DNA from: Myxococcota bacterium
GTDB taxonomy: Bacteria > Myxococcota_A > UBA9160 > UBA6930
DNA length: 64,000 nt
Assembly (NCBI GenBank): GCA_965223705.1
Contig: OZ245015.1
Span: 3,392,001 to 3,456,000, forward strand
Reading direction: 5' to 3'
Both the position numbers and the translations under genes were made by a program. The notes below the pieces were generated by a model that was not told the DNA's origin, made no database searches, and saw only the letters and a list, made by a program, of their open reading frames with translations. Each line of letters opens with the position of its first letter. Position 1 is the stretch's first letter. Below are positions 1 to 7,899 of this stretch, piece after piece.

Positions 1-499
1 TAAAGTGGTCTCCCATGCGCACGTGGCGGAGTGCTCGAAAAAAACCATCCCGGTGGCCGGCGATCCCGATGTTGCCCACCGCCGCGGTAAGGGGTGCCGT
101 TCCCTCGATCCGACCCACGCCTCGATTGAGGGACCACTCCCCGGTCCCTTCGAGGATGAGTGCGTCAATTCGCCCGTCGGCACTCCGTAGAATTCCGCCT
201 CTGGGCGCCGCGTCGCTGTGGACGAGGGAACGGCGAAAATGACGGATGCGACTCGAAGACCATTCGGTCGTGTCGGCCGCGTAAGCCTTGGCGTCTACGC
301 GGTCGTCTGACGCGACATCGAGGGGCTTCGCCCAAGCGGTTTGCGACGAGCGAGAGGCCGCTTCGAATCTGGATTTTTCGACAAAACCGACGAGACGAGG
401 CAGGGCGTAGACAACGATCGCAACCACGGCCGCGGCGCCCGCCGCGATCCACGCGACGCGTTCGACCCGTGAACACATACCTCCGACATCGAACCGCAT
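1..499 (-). CDS. Class D-type sortase, partial (runs off left edge)
   Basis: Manual translation from ATG 499 (or 478): MRFDVGGMCSRVERVAWIAAGAAAVVAIVVYALP...LNRGVGRIEGTAPLTAAVGNIGIAGHRDGFFRALRHVRMGDHF. It has an N-terminal TM anchor and the GNxGIAGHRDxFF sortase His motif. It is absent from the ORF track because there is no stop in the window. Confidence 0.85.
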   Translation of the reverse strand, partial: MRFDVGGMCSRVERVAWIAAGAAAVVAIVVYALPRLVGFVEKSRFEAASRSSQTAWAKPLDVASDDRVDAKAYAADTTEWSSSRIRHFRRSLVHSDAAPRGGILRSADGRIDALILEGTGEWSLNRGVGRIEGTAPLTAAVGNIGIAGHRDGFFRALRHVRMGDHF

Positions 500-674
500 A
501 GGAGAATGGGATTGCAGTTCCCGTGCCCAGTCGGTACGGCACACAACTTGCGTTCCCGAGAGTCGAGAACTGCGATGGCCTCGTTTCTCGGGATGCGCAT
601 CTCGACGAACTCGTGGAAAACGAGCGGGCCGGAGACGAGAATTTGCTCACTCCGAATGGAATCGCAGAGTAGCC

Positions 675-1616
675 GTGGATCAGCTCGACCCAAACAAGCG
701 TCCGGAGGTCCCGGATCCGGAACCCCTGACCTTCGAGGCGGCCATCGGCCGAATCCTCGAACGGTTCCAAGAATGGGGGCAAGCGTTCATCGAGCTGCTC
801 CCGAACATCGTTGTTGCCGTGAGTGTCGTGGTGACGTTCGCGCTGATTGGACGTTTCGCCAGCTATCTCGTCCGCAGGGGACTGACGCGTGTCGCGCACA
901 ACGAACAGCTCGCTGCGCTGACGTCCGCCGCAACTCGCCTGACGTTCCTGGCGGTAGGTGTGTTGATCGGATTGGGCTTGCTCAATCTCGACAAAGCGCT
1001 CACTTCGCTCTTGGCCGGGGTCGGCATCGTCGGGCTCGCTCTGGGCTTCGCTTTCCAAGACATTGCAGCGAATTTCATGTCGGGCTCGATCATGGCCGTT
1101 CGTCAGCCTTTCGAGCTCGGCGACCTCGTCGAAACCCATGGATACCTGGGCACGGTCGAGCGGGTCAGCTTGCGGGCAACCGTGCTCCGCCTGTTCTCAG
1201 GGCAGGAAGTGATCCTTCCGAACAAGGACGTTCTTCAGAATCCGATTACGAACTACTCCCGCACGGGCGAGCGTCGGGTCGACATCGACCTGGGAGTCGC
1301 CTACGACTCCGATCTCGAGCGGGTTCGAGAAGTCGCGGTTTCGGCGATTGAGGGGATCGACTACCGGGACGTCGAGCGAGCACCCGAGTTTTACTACACC
1401 GAGTTCGGAGACAGCGCGGTCGGCCTCTCGGTACGCTTTTGGCTCGATCTAGCTTCCGACCATTCCAATTTTCTCGAAGCACGGTCCCGGGGGATCGAAG
1501 CCGTTCGTCGCGCGTTCGCGGATGCGGAGCTTGAAATACCGTTCCCGATTCGCACGGTCGAGCTCGGTCCGTCCACCGTGCCCGCCATCGAGGCGCTGTC
1601 CCACGGAAACGAGTGA
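675..1616 (+). CDS. Small-conductance mechanosensitive channel, MscS family
   Basis: Three TM segments, GLALGFAFQDIAANFMSG motif, PFELGDLV, and C-terminal IPFP. Confidence 0.92.
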   Translation: MDQLDPNKRPEVPDPEPLTFEAAIGRILERFQEWGQAFIELLPNIVVAVSVVVTFALIGRFASYLVRRGLTRVAHNEQLAALTSAATRLTFLAVGVLIGLGLLNLDKALTSLLAGVGIVGLALGFAFQDIAANFMSGSIMAVRQPFELGDLVETHGYLGTVERVSLRATVLRLFSGQEVILPNKDVLQNPITNYSRTGERRVDIDLGVAYDSDLERVREVAVSAIEGIDYRDVERAPEFYYTEFGDSAVGLSVRFWLDLASDHSNFLEARSRGIEAVRRAFADAELEIPFPIRTVELGPSTVPAIEALSHGNE

Positions 1617-1651
1617 TTGGAAACGCGCTCGAGAGAAAGACGTAGAGGCGA

Positions 1652-2056
1652 CTACCTCGACACGGAAAGGTTTGCGGTGCAGCGGACCTCCACGAGCAGC
1701 TCCGGAAAAGCCAAACCCGAGACTTGGAGCAGTGTGCTTGTCACAACGGGGTCACCTCCATAAGCTTCGCGCCGGACTTCCGTTGCGCAGGCGAGCGCCG
1801 CTTCCATGTCGGTGACGAACGTCATCTCGTCTACGACGTTGTCGAAGGCCGCCCCGTATTCCGCGAGCAGCCTTCCGACATTCGCGTAGGCCTGGCGCAT
1901 CTGGGCCGCCATGTCGCCGATACCGACGATCTCGCCGGCCTCATCGTGTGCGATCTGACCCGACAGGTGGAGCGTTTCGCCGACCCGGTTGGCCTGTACG
2001 TAGGGGTAGTCTTCCCAAGGTACGCCGAAGACTCGGGTGTCCTTTTCCAACTTCAT
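1652..2056 (-). CDS. RidA/YjgF/UK114 family protein
   Basis: YVQANRVGETLHLSGQ and STLLQVSGLAFPELLVEV motifs. Start ATG 2056 overlaps the GST stop (ATGA). Confidence 0.88.
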   Translation of the reverse strand: MKLEKDTRVFGVPWEDYPYVQANRVGETLHLSGQIAHDEAGEIVGIGDMAAQMRQAYANVGRLLAEYGAAFDNVVDEMTFVTDMEAALACATEVRREAYGGDPVVTSTLLQVSGLAFPELLVEVRCTANLSVSR

Positions 2057-2721
2057 GTCAACGACGCGAGTGCGGATTGGATATTGCTGACCCAGTCCTC
2101 GACGCTCGGTCGAGCCGACACCTTGTCGTGCCAACGCCGAATCGCCGGGTAGCCGTCCAGGCCCGGAAACTCGCCGAGGATTCCTAGATCGACAGCGCAG
2201 AGCGCCGTGATATCGGCGACCGTAAAGTTGTCGCAGGCGACAAACTCACTCTTTTCGAGCTGGTCCTCCAGCAAATCGTGGAAAGCTCGCATGCCGTTCT
2301 TCCCTCGCTCGACGAGATCGGGAATCTGCGCATCAATCCCTCGGCCGGGGTGCCCCCGGCCCGCGAACACCGGAACCTGGTTGCGGATGAAATCGCGGGC
2401 GGAGAGCATTCCGTCCTGATCGGCGCGGCGTTCCCAGCTTTCGACCAGGGCTTTTTCGACCGTCGTTCTCCCCATCAGCGGCGGATCCGGCTGCACTTCC
2501 TCGAAGTAGCGCCAGATGGCGGCGGCTTCGTCGATCCGCGTCCCGTCGTCGAGTTCGAGAACCGGAACGACCCCGCGCGGATTGATCGCCAGGAAATCGG
2601 GTTTGAGGTTCTCGCCGACAAGGATGTTGATCTCGACTTTCGGGACCTCGATCCCTTTCTCGTCGAGGAGAATCCGGACGCGACGCGGGTTCGGCGCGAT
2701 CAAGCAATCGTAGAGCTTCAT
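2053..2721 (-). CDS. Glutathione S-transferase family protein
   Basis: MKLYD..APNPRRVRI, INPRGVVPVLELDDG and FTVADIT motifs. Start adjusted to ATG 2721. Confidence 0.92.
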   Translation of the reverse strand: MKLYDCLIAPNPRRVRILLDEKGIEVPKVEINILVGENLKPDFLAINPRGVVPVLELDDGTRIDEAAAIWRYFEEVQPDPPLMGRTTVEKALVESWERRADQDGMLSARDFIRNQVPVFAGRGHPGRGIDAQIPDLVERGKNGMRAFHDLLEDQLEKSEFVACDNFTVADITALCAVDLGILGEFPGLDGYPAIRRWHDKVSARPSVEDWVSNIQSALASLT

Positions 2722-2728
2722 GGTCTTT

Positions 2729-2842
2729 TCAACTTTCTCTCGGGTAGGCCACGACTGCCGGATCGAAGCATTGGAGCATCTGCTCCACATCCATCGTGGC
2801 GTGAACTTTCTCGGCAAATGCGACGGTTTCTTCGGGTGTCAT
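2729..2842 (-). pseudogene. 37-aa ORF resembling a truncated SnoaL/NTF2-like N-terminus
   Basis: Strong RBS (GGGAGG, 4 nt before ATG 2842), then MTPEETVAFAEKVHATMDVEQMLQCFDPAVVAYPRES*. The DVEQMLQCFDPAVV segment resembles the NTF2 DxxxLxxxFxxDxV pattern. Confidence 0.5.
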
Positions 2843-2875
2843 GAAACCTCCCTGTCCCGCAAGCCTACCAGACAG

Positions 2876-3865
2876 CTACCGGCGATCGATGTCCCGCGTA
2901 TGCGGGGAGTCCGGCATCGAGCTCGGCCAATCGATCACAGCGCTTCGAATCGACGGGCGCTCGTAGAGGCGCGAGGCGTAGTCTTGAACCCGCGGACGAT
3001 CGGCCCACAGGGATGCGTGGCCCAACCACTCGACGCGGTAGAGACTCACACCCCAGAGACAATCCGCTAGGGTGAACTCACTGCCGACAACCCAAGGGCC
3101 CTGCGACTGCTCGAGTTCGGCGTCGAGCGCGGCGACGATCGTCTCGAACTCCTTGATAATTCCTTCCATCACGGCCGGGTCTTTTTGGATCCTCTTGCCC
3201 GCCATCTCTTTCGCGATCTTCGCGCGGTAGGCACGGACCAACTCGGGATCGTCCCGGTTCTCCTCGATGTGCGTCTCCAAGACAAGCCGCTTGCGGTCAT
3301 AGACGCCGTCCATCGCCTGAATCCAGAAGGACGGCCTCGGATCGTTAGCGTGGAAACCGTAGAGAATCCCCGGGTGTGGGATGCGGTCGTTGATCTCGAT
3401 CTGCCGACGAACGGCGGCGGCGCGATGGGCTTCTTCGGGTATCAGACGCGGCTTCGGAAGCGCCGCTTCGAGATGCTCGAGGATCTGCGCAGAATCGACG
3501 ACCGCACATTCTTGCTCTCGATCGACGAGGAGGGGCACCACGCACGCATCGAAGCCCTCGGTGGTGACTGAAGTTCGCATCGTGTGCGCTTCTGCCAGCC
3601 TGGAGGCCTGCTCGCCCGCTGCGAAGAGGCGAAGCCGAACGTAGCCGGGGCGGTAGTTCTCGGTCGGCTCGAGTTCGTGGGCGAGATAACCGACACCCTT
3701 TTCCGCGAGAGCCGTCCGAACTTTTTGCGAACAGATGGAGAAACCGAAGTGGTAGAGCTCGAACCGGGGTGACTCGTCCAGACAATCGCCGATGGTCGAG
3801 CTGCGACTCGGGTCGCGGAGCTCTGCGCGAGCGGCCGCCGTGAGCGCTTCGAACGTCTGGGTCAT
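2876..3865 (-). CDS. Atypical glutathione S-transferase (PcpC/LinD/GDAP1-like)
   Basis: LYHFGFSICSQKVRTALAEKG, ENYRPGYVRL, VVPLLV and GPWVVGSEFTLAD motifs. Start ATG 3865 overlaps the upstream stop. Confidence 0.82.
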   Translation of the reverse strand: MTQTFEALTAAARAELRDPSRSSTIGDCLDESPRFELYHFGFSICSQKVRTALAEKGVGYLAHELEPTENYRPGYVRLRLFAAGEQASRLAEAHTMRTSVTTEGFDACVVPLLVDREQECAVVDSAQILEHLEAALPKPRLIPEEAHRAAAVRRQIEINDRIPHPGILYGFHANDPRPSFWIQAMDGVYDRKRLVLETHIEENRDDPELVRAYRAKIAKEMAGKRIQKDPAVMEGIIKEFETIVAALDAELEQSQGPWVVGSEFTLADCLWGVSLYRVEWLGHASLWADRPRVQDYASRLYERPSIRSAVIDWPSSMPDSPHTRDIDRR

Positions 3866-4344
3866 GGATTCGGCAGCGGGAAGACGAGCTGCGCGGTGAT
3901 TCCGTCGAGCGACTTCTCGCCCTCCCCCGCGATCTCGAGCTCCGCAAAGCGGTAGAGGGATTCCTCGTGAACCACCATGGAATTCGCGAGTTCGCGGTAG
4001 CGAGCCGGAGCCTCGGCGGCGATGGCTCGGTACCGCTCGACGTAGGGAGCCAGACCGTCTCGGAGTGCCTCCATGGCCGCCAGCCACGTCTTCCCCTCGA
4101 AGACATCCCCCAGTTCGTGCCCGGTAGCGCGCGCCGACTCGGTTTCTGCGAGATCGAGACCGAGCTCTGCCATGGGAGGCCGAAGGCGCGCTTTGGTCTC
4201 CGTTTCGAGTTGGAGCATCACACCGATCTTGAAGCGGTGCGTTGGGTCATCGAACTGAGCGAGCATCCGGTTGAAAGCCACCTCGCCGATGACTTCCCCC
4301 TGATAGATTTCGATGAGCCCCTGAGAAAAATTGTCGGATGACAC
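3862..4344 (-). CDS. Hypothetical helical protein, possibly ferritin-like
   Basis: GGAG RBS before GTG 4344. All-helical pattern with spaced E/H residues (YQGEVIGE, LQLETET, VHEESL). Translationally coupled to the GST. Confidence 0.6.
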   Translation of the reverse strand: MSSDNFSQGLIEIYQGEVIGEVAFNRMLAQFDDPTHRFKIGVMLQLETETKARLRPPMAELGLDLAETESARATGHELGDVFEGKTWLAAMEALRDGLAPYVERYRAIAAEAPARYRELANSMVVHEESLYRFAELEIAGEGEKSLDGITAQLVFPLPNP

Positions 4345-4358
4345 GTTTGAGACTCCGG

Positions 4359-5510
4359 TCAGAGGAGGTGTTCTCGTTGCTGAATTCCGCGGTTTCGTCG
4401 GCTGGCGAGCTTTCGCCACTGCACGATGTTGGCGTCGGGCTCGAACAAACGTTCTTGCAACCACGCCTCGTCGTTGTAATAGAACTCTTGCTGAGCCTCT
4501 CTCGCCCAGATGTCGTCGTCGTTGAAGCCCGCTAGCGCGAGTTCGCGCCATTTTTCGTCGAACTCGCGGAAGAATGCGTCCGCTTCTTCTGCGTTGGCCA
4601 CGCGACGACCGAGGGTCGCTAGGTAGAAATGGTGATCCTCGTCGATGGGGACGTACCATTCGTACTGGACGAGCGAGGGATCGGGCCACGGGTTGACACG
4701 AAGGGCTCCGGGCAACCAGAGTGAGATGTCCATCGCGACTCGGGTCTGCCCCATGTGCCCGCAGCGGACGACTTCGCCGTCGAGGGTGCCTTCGAAGACC
4801 GGCTCCGAGTGTTCGCCGATCAGGTCGTAGACGCCCGCAGGACCCTCCTCTTCGTCGACGACACGAAACGCCTCCTTGCCGGTCGGGCTAAACCCGAGCG
4901 GGAGAGCGATGTCGTTGCCTTTGACGAGAACCGAATCTTTGTGAATGAAGACGTGGGTGCTGTCGAAGCCGTTTTCACAGCCAATGCGCCAGTTCGAAGC
5001 CACTTCTCGGCGCACCCCGCGAACGACCAGTTCCTCATCGAGAAATCCCGGCGGCACGTCACTCGAGAGCGGCGGTGGAGCGATGTCTCCCATAAACAGA
5101 AACACGAGCCCTTTGGCCTCCTGCGCCGGAAACGTGGGGATGCGCCTCCTACCGATCTGATTGCTGTTGGGCGAGGTCAGGATCGCGACGAGTTCTCCGG
5201 TCTCCATGCTGTAGGTAAATGCGTGATACCAGCAGGTAACCGTTCCCTTCTTGAAACACTCCGGCTTGCGCGAGAAGGGAACGCCGCGATGTGAGCAGCG
5301 ATCGCGAATCGCGTAGACGTGACCATCGACCCGGGTCATCAACACGCGATCGCCGAGGATGCGATGCGCGACGAACTCGCCCTCGCGAACCTCGTCGGAG
5401 AAGAGTGTCGGGTACCAATGATTGCGGAATCCGAGCTTCGCTTCGATGTACTCGGGGAATGCGGCGCACTTTCGCACGACGTCCGGATCGACCAAGGGCT
5501 CTCGTGTCAC
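4359..5510 (-). CDS. carAa: Rieske oxygenase, carbazole 1,9a-dioxygenase terminal oxygenase (CarAa)-like
   Basis: AKLGFRNHWYP, Rieske DRCSH...CWYH, ENGFDSTHVFIHKDS, GVYDLIGEH..PVFEGT, EWYVPIDE and GFNDDDIWARE match CarAa as I recall it along the whole length. About 383 aa from GTG 5510, with a GGAGG RBS. Confidence 0.85.
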   Translation of the reverse strand: MTREPLVDPDVVRKCAAFPEYIEAKLGFRNHWYPTLFSDEVREGEFVAHRILGDRVLMTRVDGHVYAIRDRCSHRGVPFSRKPECFKKGTVTCWYHAFTYSMETGELVAILTSPNSNQIGRRRIPTFPAQEAKGLVFLFMGDIAPPPLSSDVPPGFLDEELVVRGVRREVASNWRIGCENGFDSTHVFIHKDSVLVKGNDIALPLGFSPTGKEAFRVVDEEEGPAGVYDLIGEHSEPVFEGTLDGEVVRCGHMGQTRVAMDISLWLPGALRVNPWPDPSLVQYEWYVPIDEDHHFYLATLGRRVANAEEADAFFREFDEKWRELALAGFNDDDIWAREAQQEFYYNDEAWLQERLFEPDANIVQWRKLASRRNRGIQQREHLL

Positions 5511-5535
5511 AACCAACGCCTCCAAGGTTCGCGGG

Positions 5536-6360
5536 CTAGGAGATACCTCGCAGCTCACACCAGAGTTTCACGAGTCGCGTGAACTCCTCGTGCTGCTCGA
5601 TCATCGCCCAGTGACCGCAATGAGGAATGACGTGGAGCCAGGAATGCTCGAGGAGCTCGTGGAAGCGCCAAGCGAGTTCCTTCGGTACGACTTGATCATC
5701 GCTCCCGTTCACGAGCAAGGTGGGAGTCTTCACTTCGGCAATCGCGTCTTCGGGATAGAAGAGACCGCCCTGCTCGCCGATCCATTTCATCGTGGCGCCG
5801 TAGGCCGCCATAGCACCTGGCTGCTGAGTAAGTTCGTATCGGTAACGAACCAAGGTTTCGTCGATTTCGAAGCCGTCGGCCGTCAGCGTCTCGATAATCG
5901 TTCTCATATTCTCGAGAGTCGGCTGATAGCTCAAGATGGTGCGGATCGCGGGGGAGAGTTCGGAGTTGAGCCCGGCGCTTCCCATCAAGACCAAAGCGCG
6001 GAGACGCCCGGGTGCGTCCATCGCGACTCCCAGTGCCGTGCAGCCGCCCATCGAGTTGCCCACCAGAACCGGGGCCTCGAGAGAGAGCGCATCGAGGAAA
6101 CCCAGCAGATGCCGGTTGCGAGCGCTCTGATTGTATTCGAACGACGCCGGATCGGGTTTGTCGGTGTCACCGAAGCCGAGCATGTCGACGGCCAGCACCC
6201 GGTAGCGTTCTGCGAAGCTCGGAATGCAGGCGGACCAGTTGCCGCGGGCGTCCGCCCCTGCACCGCCGCCGTGGATCAACACGAGCGGTGTGCCGTTCCC
6301 CGCTTCTAGATAGTGGGTTTTTACTCCGTCGACTGCGATGTGCTGAGACTTTGCCGTCAC
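5536..6360 (-). CDS. carC: Meta-cleavage product C-C hydrolase, CarC-like
   Basis: LIHGGGAGA, GNSMGG nucleophile elbow, TMKWIGEQGGLFY and IPHCGHWAMIE match CarC as recalled. Adjacent to carAa. Start GTG 6360. Confidence 0.8.
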   Translation of the reverse strand: MTAKSQHIAVDGVKTHYLEAGNGTPLVLIHGGGAGADARGNWSACIPSFAERYRVLAVDMLGFGDTDKPDPASFEYNQSARNRHLLGFLDALSLEAPVLVGNSMGGCTALGVAMDAPGRLRALVLMGSAGLNSELSPAIRTILSYQPTLENMRTIIETLTADGFEIDETLVRYRYELTQQPGAMAAYGATMKWIGEQGGLFYPEDAIAEVKTPTLLVNGSDDQVVPKELAWRFHELLEHSWLHVIPHCGHWAMIEQHEEFTRLVKLWCELRGIS

Positions 6361-6435
6361 GGGCCCTCTCCTCTGACCGTATCGAACGGCGCGATTGTAC
6401 GCCGAGCGGGGAGCCGCTCGGCGGTATGCGTGCCC

Positions 6436-6481
6436 TATATTTGTAATTGACAATAATTGACTTCAAGCAAATACTCTATCC
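6436..6481. promoter_or_regulatory. AT-rich divergent promoter/operator between carC and marR
   Basis: TTGACA at 6447-6452, TAATTGAC direct repeat at 6444 and 6454 (10-bp period), and imperfect inverted repeat TTGACTTCAA. Confidence 0.55.
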
Positions 6482-6958
6482 ATGGCGCAAGATCCGTTGG
6501 TCGGCCTCGACTCACGGTTGGGCTTCTGGCTTCGCGAGGTCTCCAATCTCCTCCACGGGCGGTTTGCCGACGCACTCGCCGCGCGCGACGTGACACCGCC
6601 GCTCTGGGCAATCCTGATCACGCTGAAACGCGGCGAAGCCGACGCTCCCGCGGCTTTGGCGCGGCGTCTCGACGCCGACCCTGCGGCGATGACTCGACGG
6701 CTCGACCAACTCGAAGCCAAGGGTTTGATCCGCCGACGCCGAAGCACCGAGGATCGTCGATGTGTCGGTATTCAACTCACCGAGCAAGGTGAGGCACTCG
6801 TTCCCGAGTTGGCGGACATCTCATCGCGGCTCACGGACGACGCGCTGGACGGGGTCTCCGAGGGAGAGCGGACGCGGCTGCTTCGCGCACTGCGACGCAT
6901 GCACCAGAATCTGAAGGACCTGAAAGGCGACGCCGGCGCGGAACAGGCGTCGGCGTAG
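6482..6958 (+). CDS. MarR family transcriptional regulator
   Basis: wHTH with LEAKGLIRR..STEDRR..IQLTEQG. Confidence 0.93.
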   Translation: MAQDPLVGLDSRLGFWLREVSNLLHGRFADALAARDVTPPLWAILITLKRGEADAPAALARRLDADPAAMTRRLDQLEAKGLIRRRRSTEDRRCVGIQLTEQGEALVPELADISSRLTDDALDGVSEGERTRLLRALRRMHQNLKDLKGDAGAEQASA

Positions 6959-6988
6959 GAAACGATCGAAAACGAAAGGGGATGAGAG

Positions 6989-7891
6989 ATGAGCACAGCA
7001 ATCACGGGTCTCGGCTATCTCGGCATCCAGTCGCCGCGCGCTGAGGCGTGGCGAGACTACGGTCCGAAAGCGCTCGGCATGCAGTGCGCCGAGGGAGCCG
7101 AGGGCGATGTCGTACGCCTGCGCGTCGACGATCGTGCGCACCGCCTGGCGATCCACCCGGGTGAGCCCGAGGGCATCGCCTATAGCGGCTGGGAGCTTCC
7201 CAACGCGGAGTCGTTCGCGCTCGCTGCGGAGCAGGTCGAGAAAGCCGGGGTTGCAATCGCTGCAGCGACACCTTCAGAGCTCGCGACGCGCCGCGTGCGC
7301 GCCATGGTGCACTTCCGCGACCCCGACGGTTTTCGACACGAGCTCTTCTACGGACAAGAGGGAAAGGCTCGCTCTTTCCATCCCGGGCGACCGCACTCCG
7401 GTTTTGTCACCGGAGAGCGTGGCCTGGGTCACCTCGCCCTGGGCGTTCGGGATCTCGAAGCAGCCCGGCGGTTCTATCTCGACGTGCTGGGCTTCTCTGT
7501 GAGCGACGAGATGGATGCGCACTTTCGCATCCTGTTCTTCCATACAAATCCGCGTCACCACAGTGTGGCCGTGGTCGAAGTCCCCAACCCGGGCCTTTTC
7601 CACCTGATGCTGCAAGTCGAATCGCTAGACGATGTAGGCTTTGCCCTCGATGGGTGCGAAGCGTTGGAAATTCCGATTCGCCGCACACTCGGCCGCCACC
7701 CCAATGACCGCACCGTGTCGTGCTATCTCGGAACTCCGTCGGGTTTTGATATCGAATACGGCTGGGGATCGATCGATGTCGTACCGGGCGAGCACGTCAC
7801 CACGGTAGAAAAAACGGCGTCGATGTGGGGACACAAGCAGCTGACATCCTCTTCCTGCCTCCCGCCTCTCGAACCGACCCACGACCGCTAG
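6989..7891 (+). CDS. Type I (VOC) extradiol dioxygenase, BphC/HsaC family
   Basis: LGYLGI, LRVDDR, GLGHLAL, FFHTNPRHHS, FHLML, LGRHPND and TPSGFDIEYGWG, giving the Fe(II) His-His-Glu ligands. Confidence 0.92.
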   Translation: MSTAITGLGYLGIQSPRAEAWRDYGPKALGMQCAEGAEGDVVRLRVDDRAHRLAIHPGEPEGIAYSGWELPNAESFALAAEQVEKAGVAIAAATPSELATRRVRAMVHFRDPDGFRHELFYGQEGKARSFHPGRPHSGFVTGERGLGHLALGVRDLEAARRFYLDVLGFSVSDEMDAHFRILFFHTNPRHHSVAVVEVPNPGLFHLMLQVESLDDVGFALDGCEALEIPIRRTLGRHPNDRTVSCYLGTPSGFDIEYGWGSIDVVPGEHVTTVEKTASMWGHKQLTSSSCLPPLEPTHDR

Positions 7892-7899
7892 GAGCCCTC

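Noticed and set aside
165..1351. Long ORFs 165-1139(-) and 506-1351(+)
   Set aside because: Shadow frames of mscS and the sortase; Arg/Pro-rich with no motifs.
2729..2731. Possible Sec read-through of the small ORF's TGA
   Set aside because: There is no Cys-type motif context and no SECIS-like hairpin, and the next gene starts 7 nt later.
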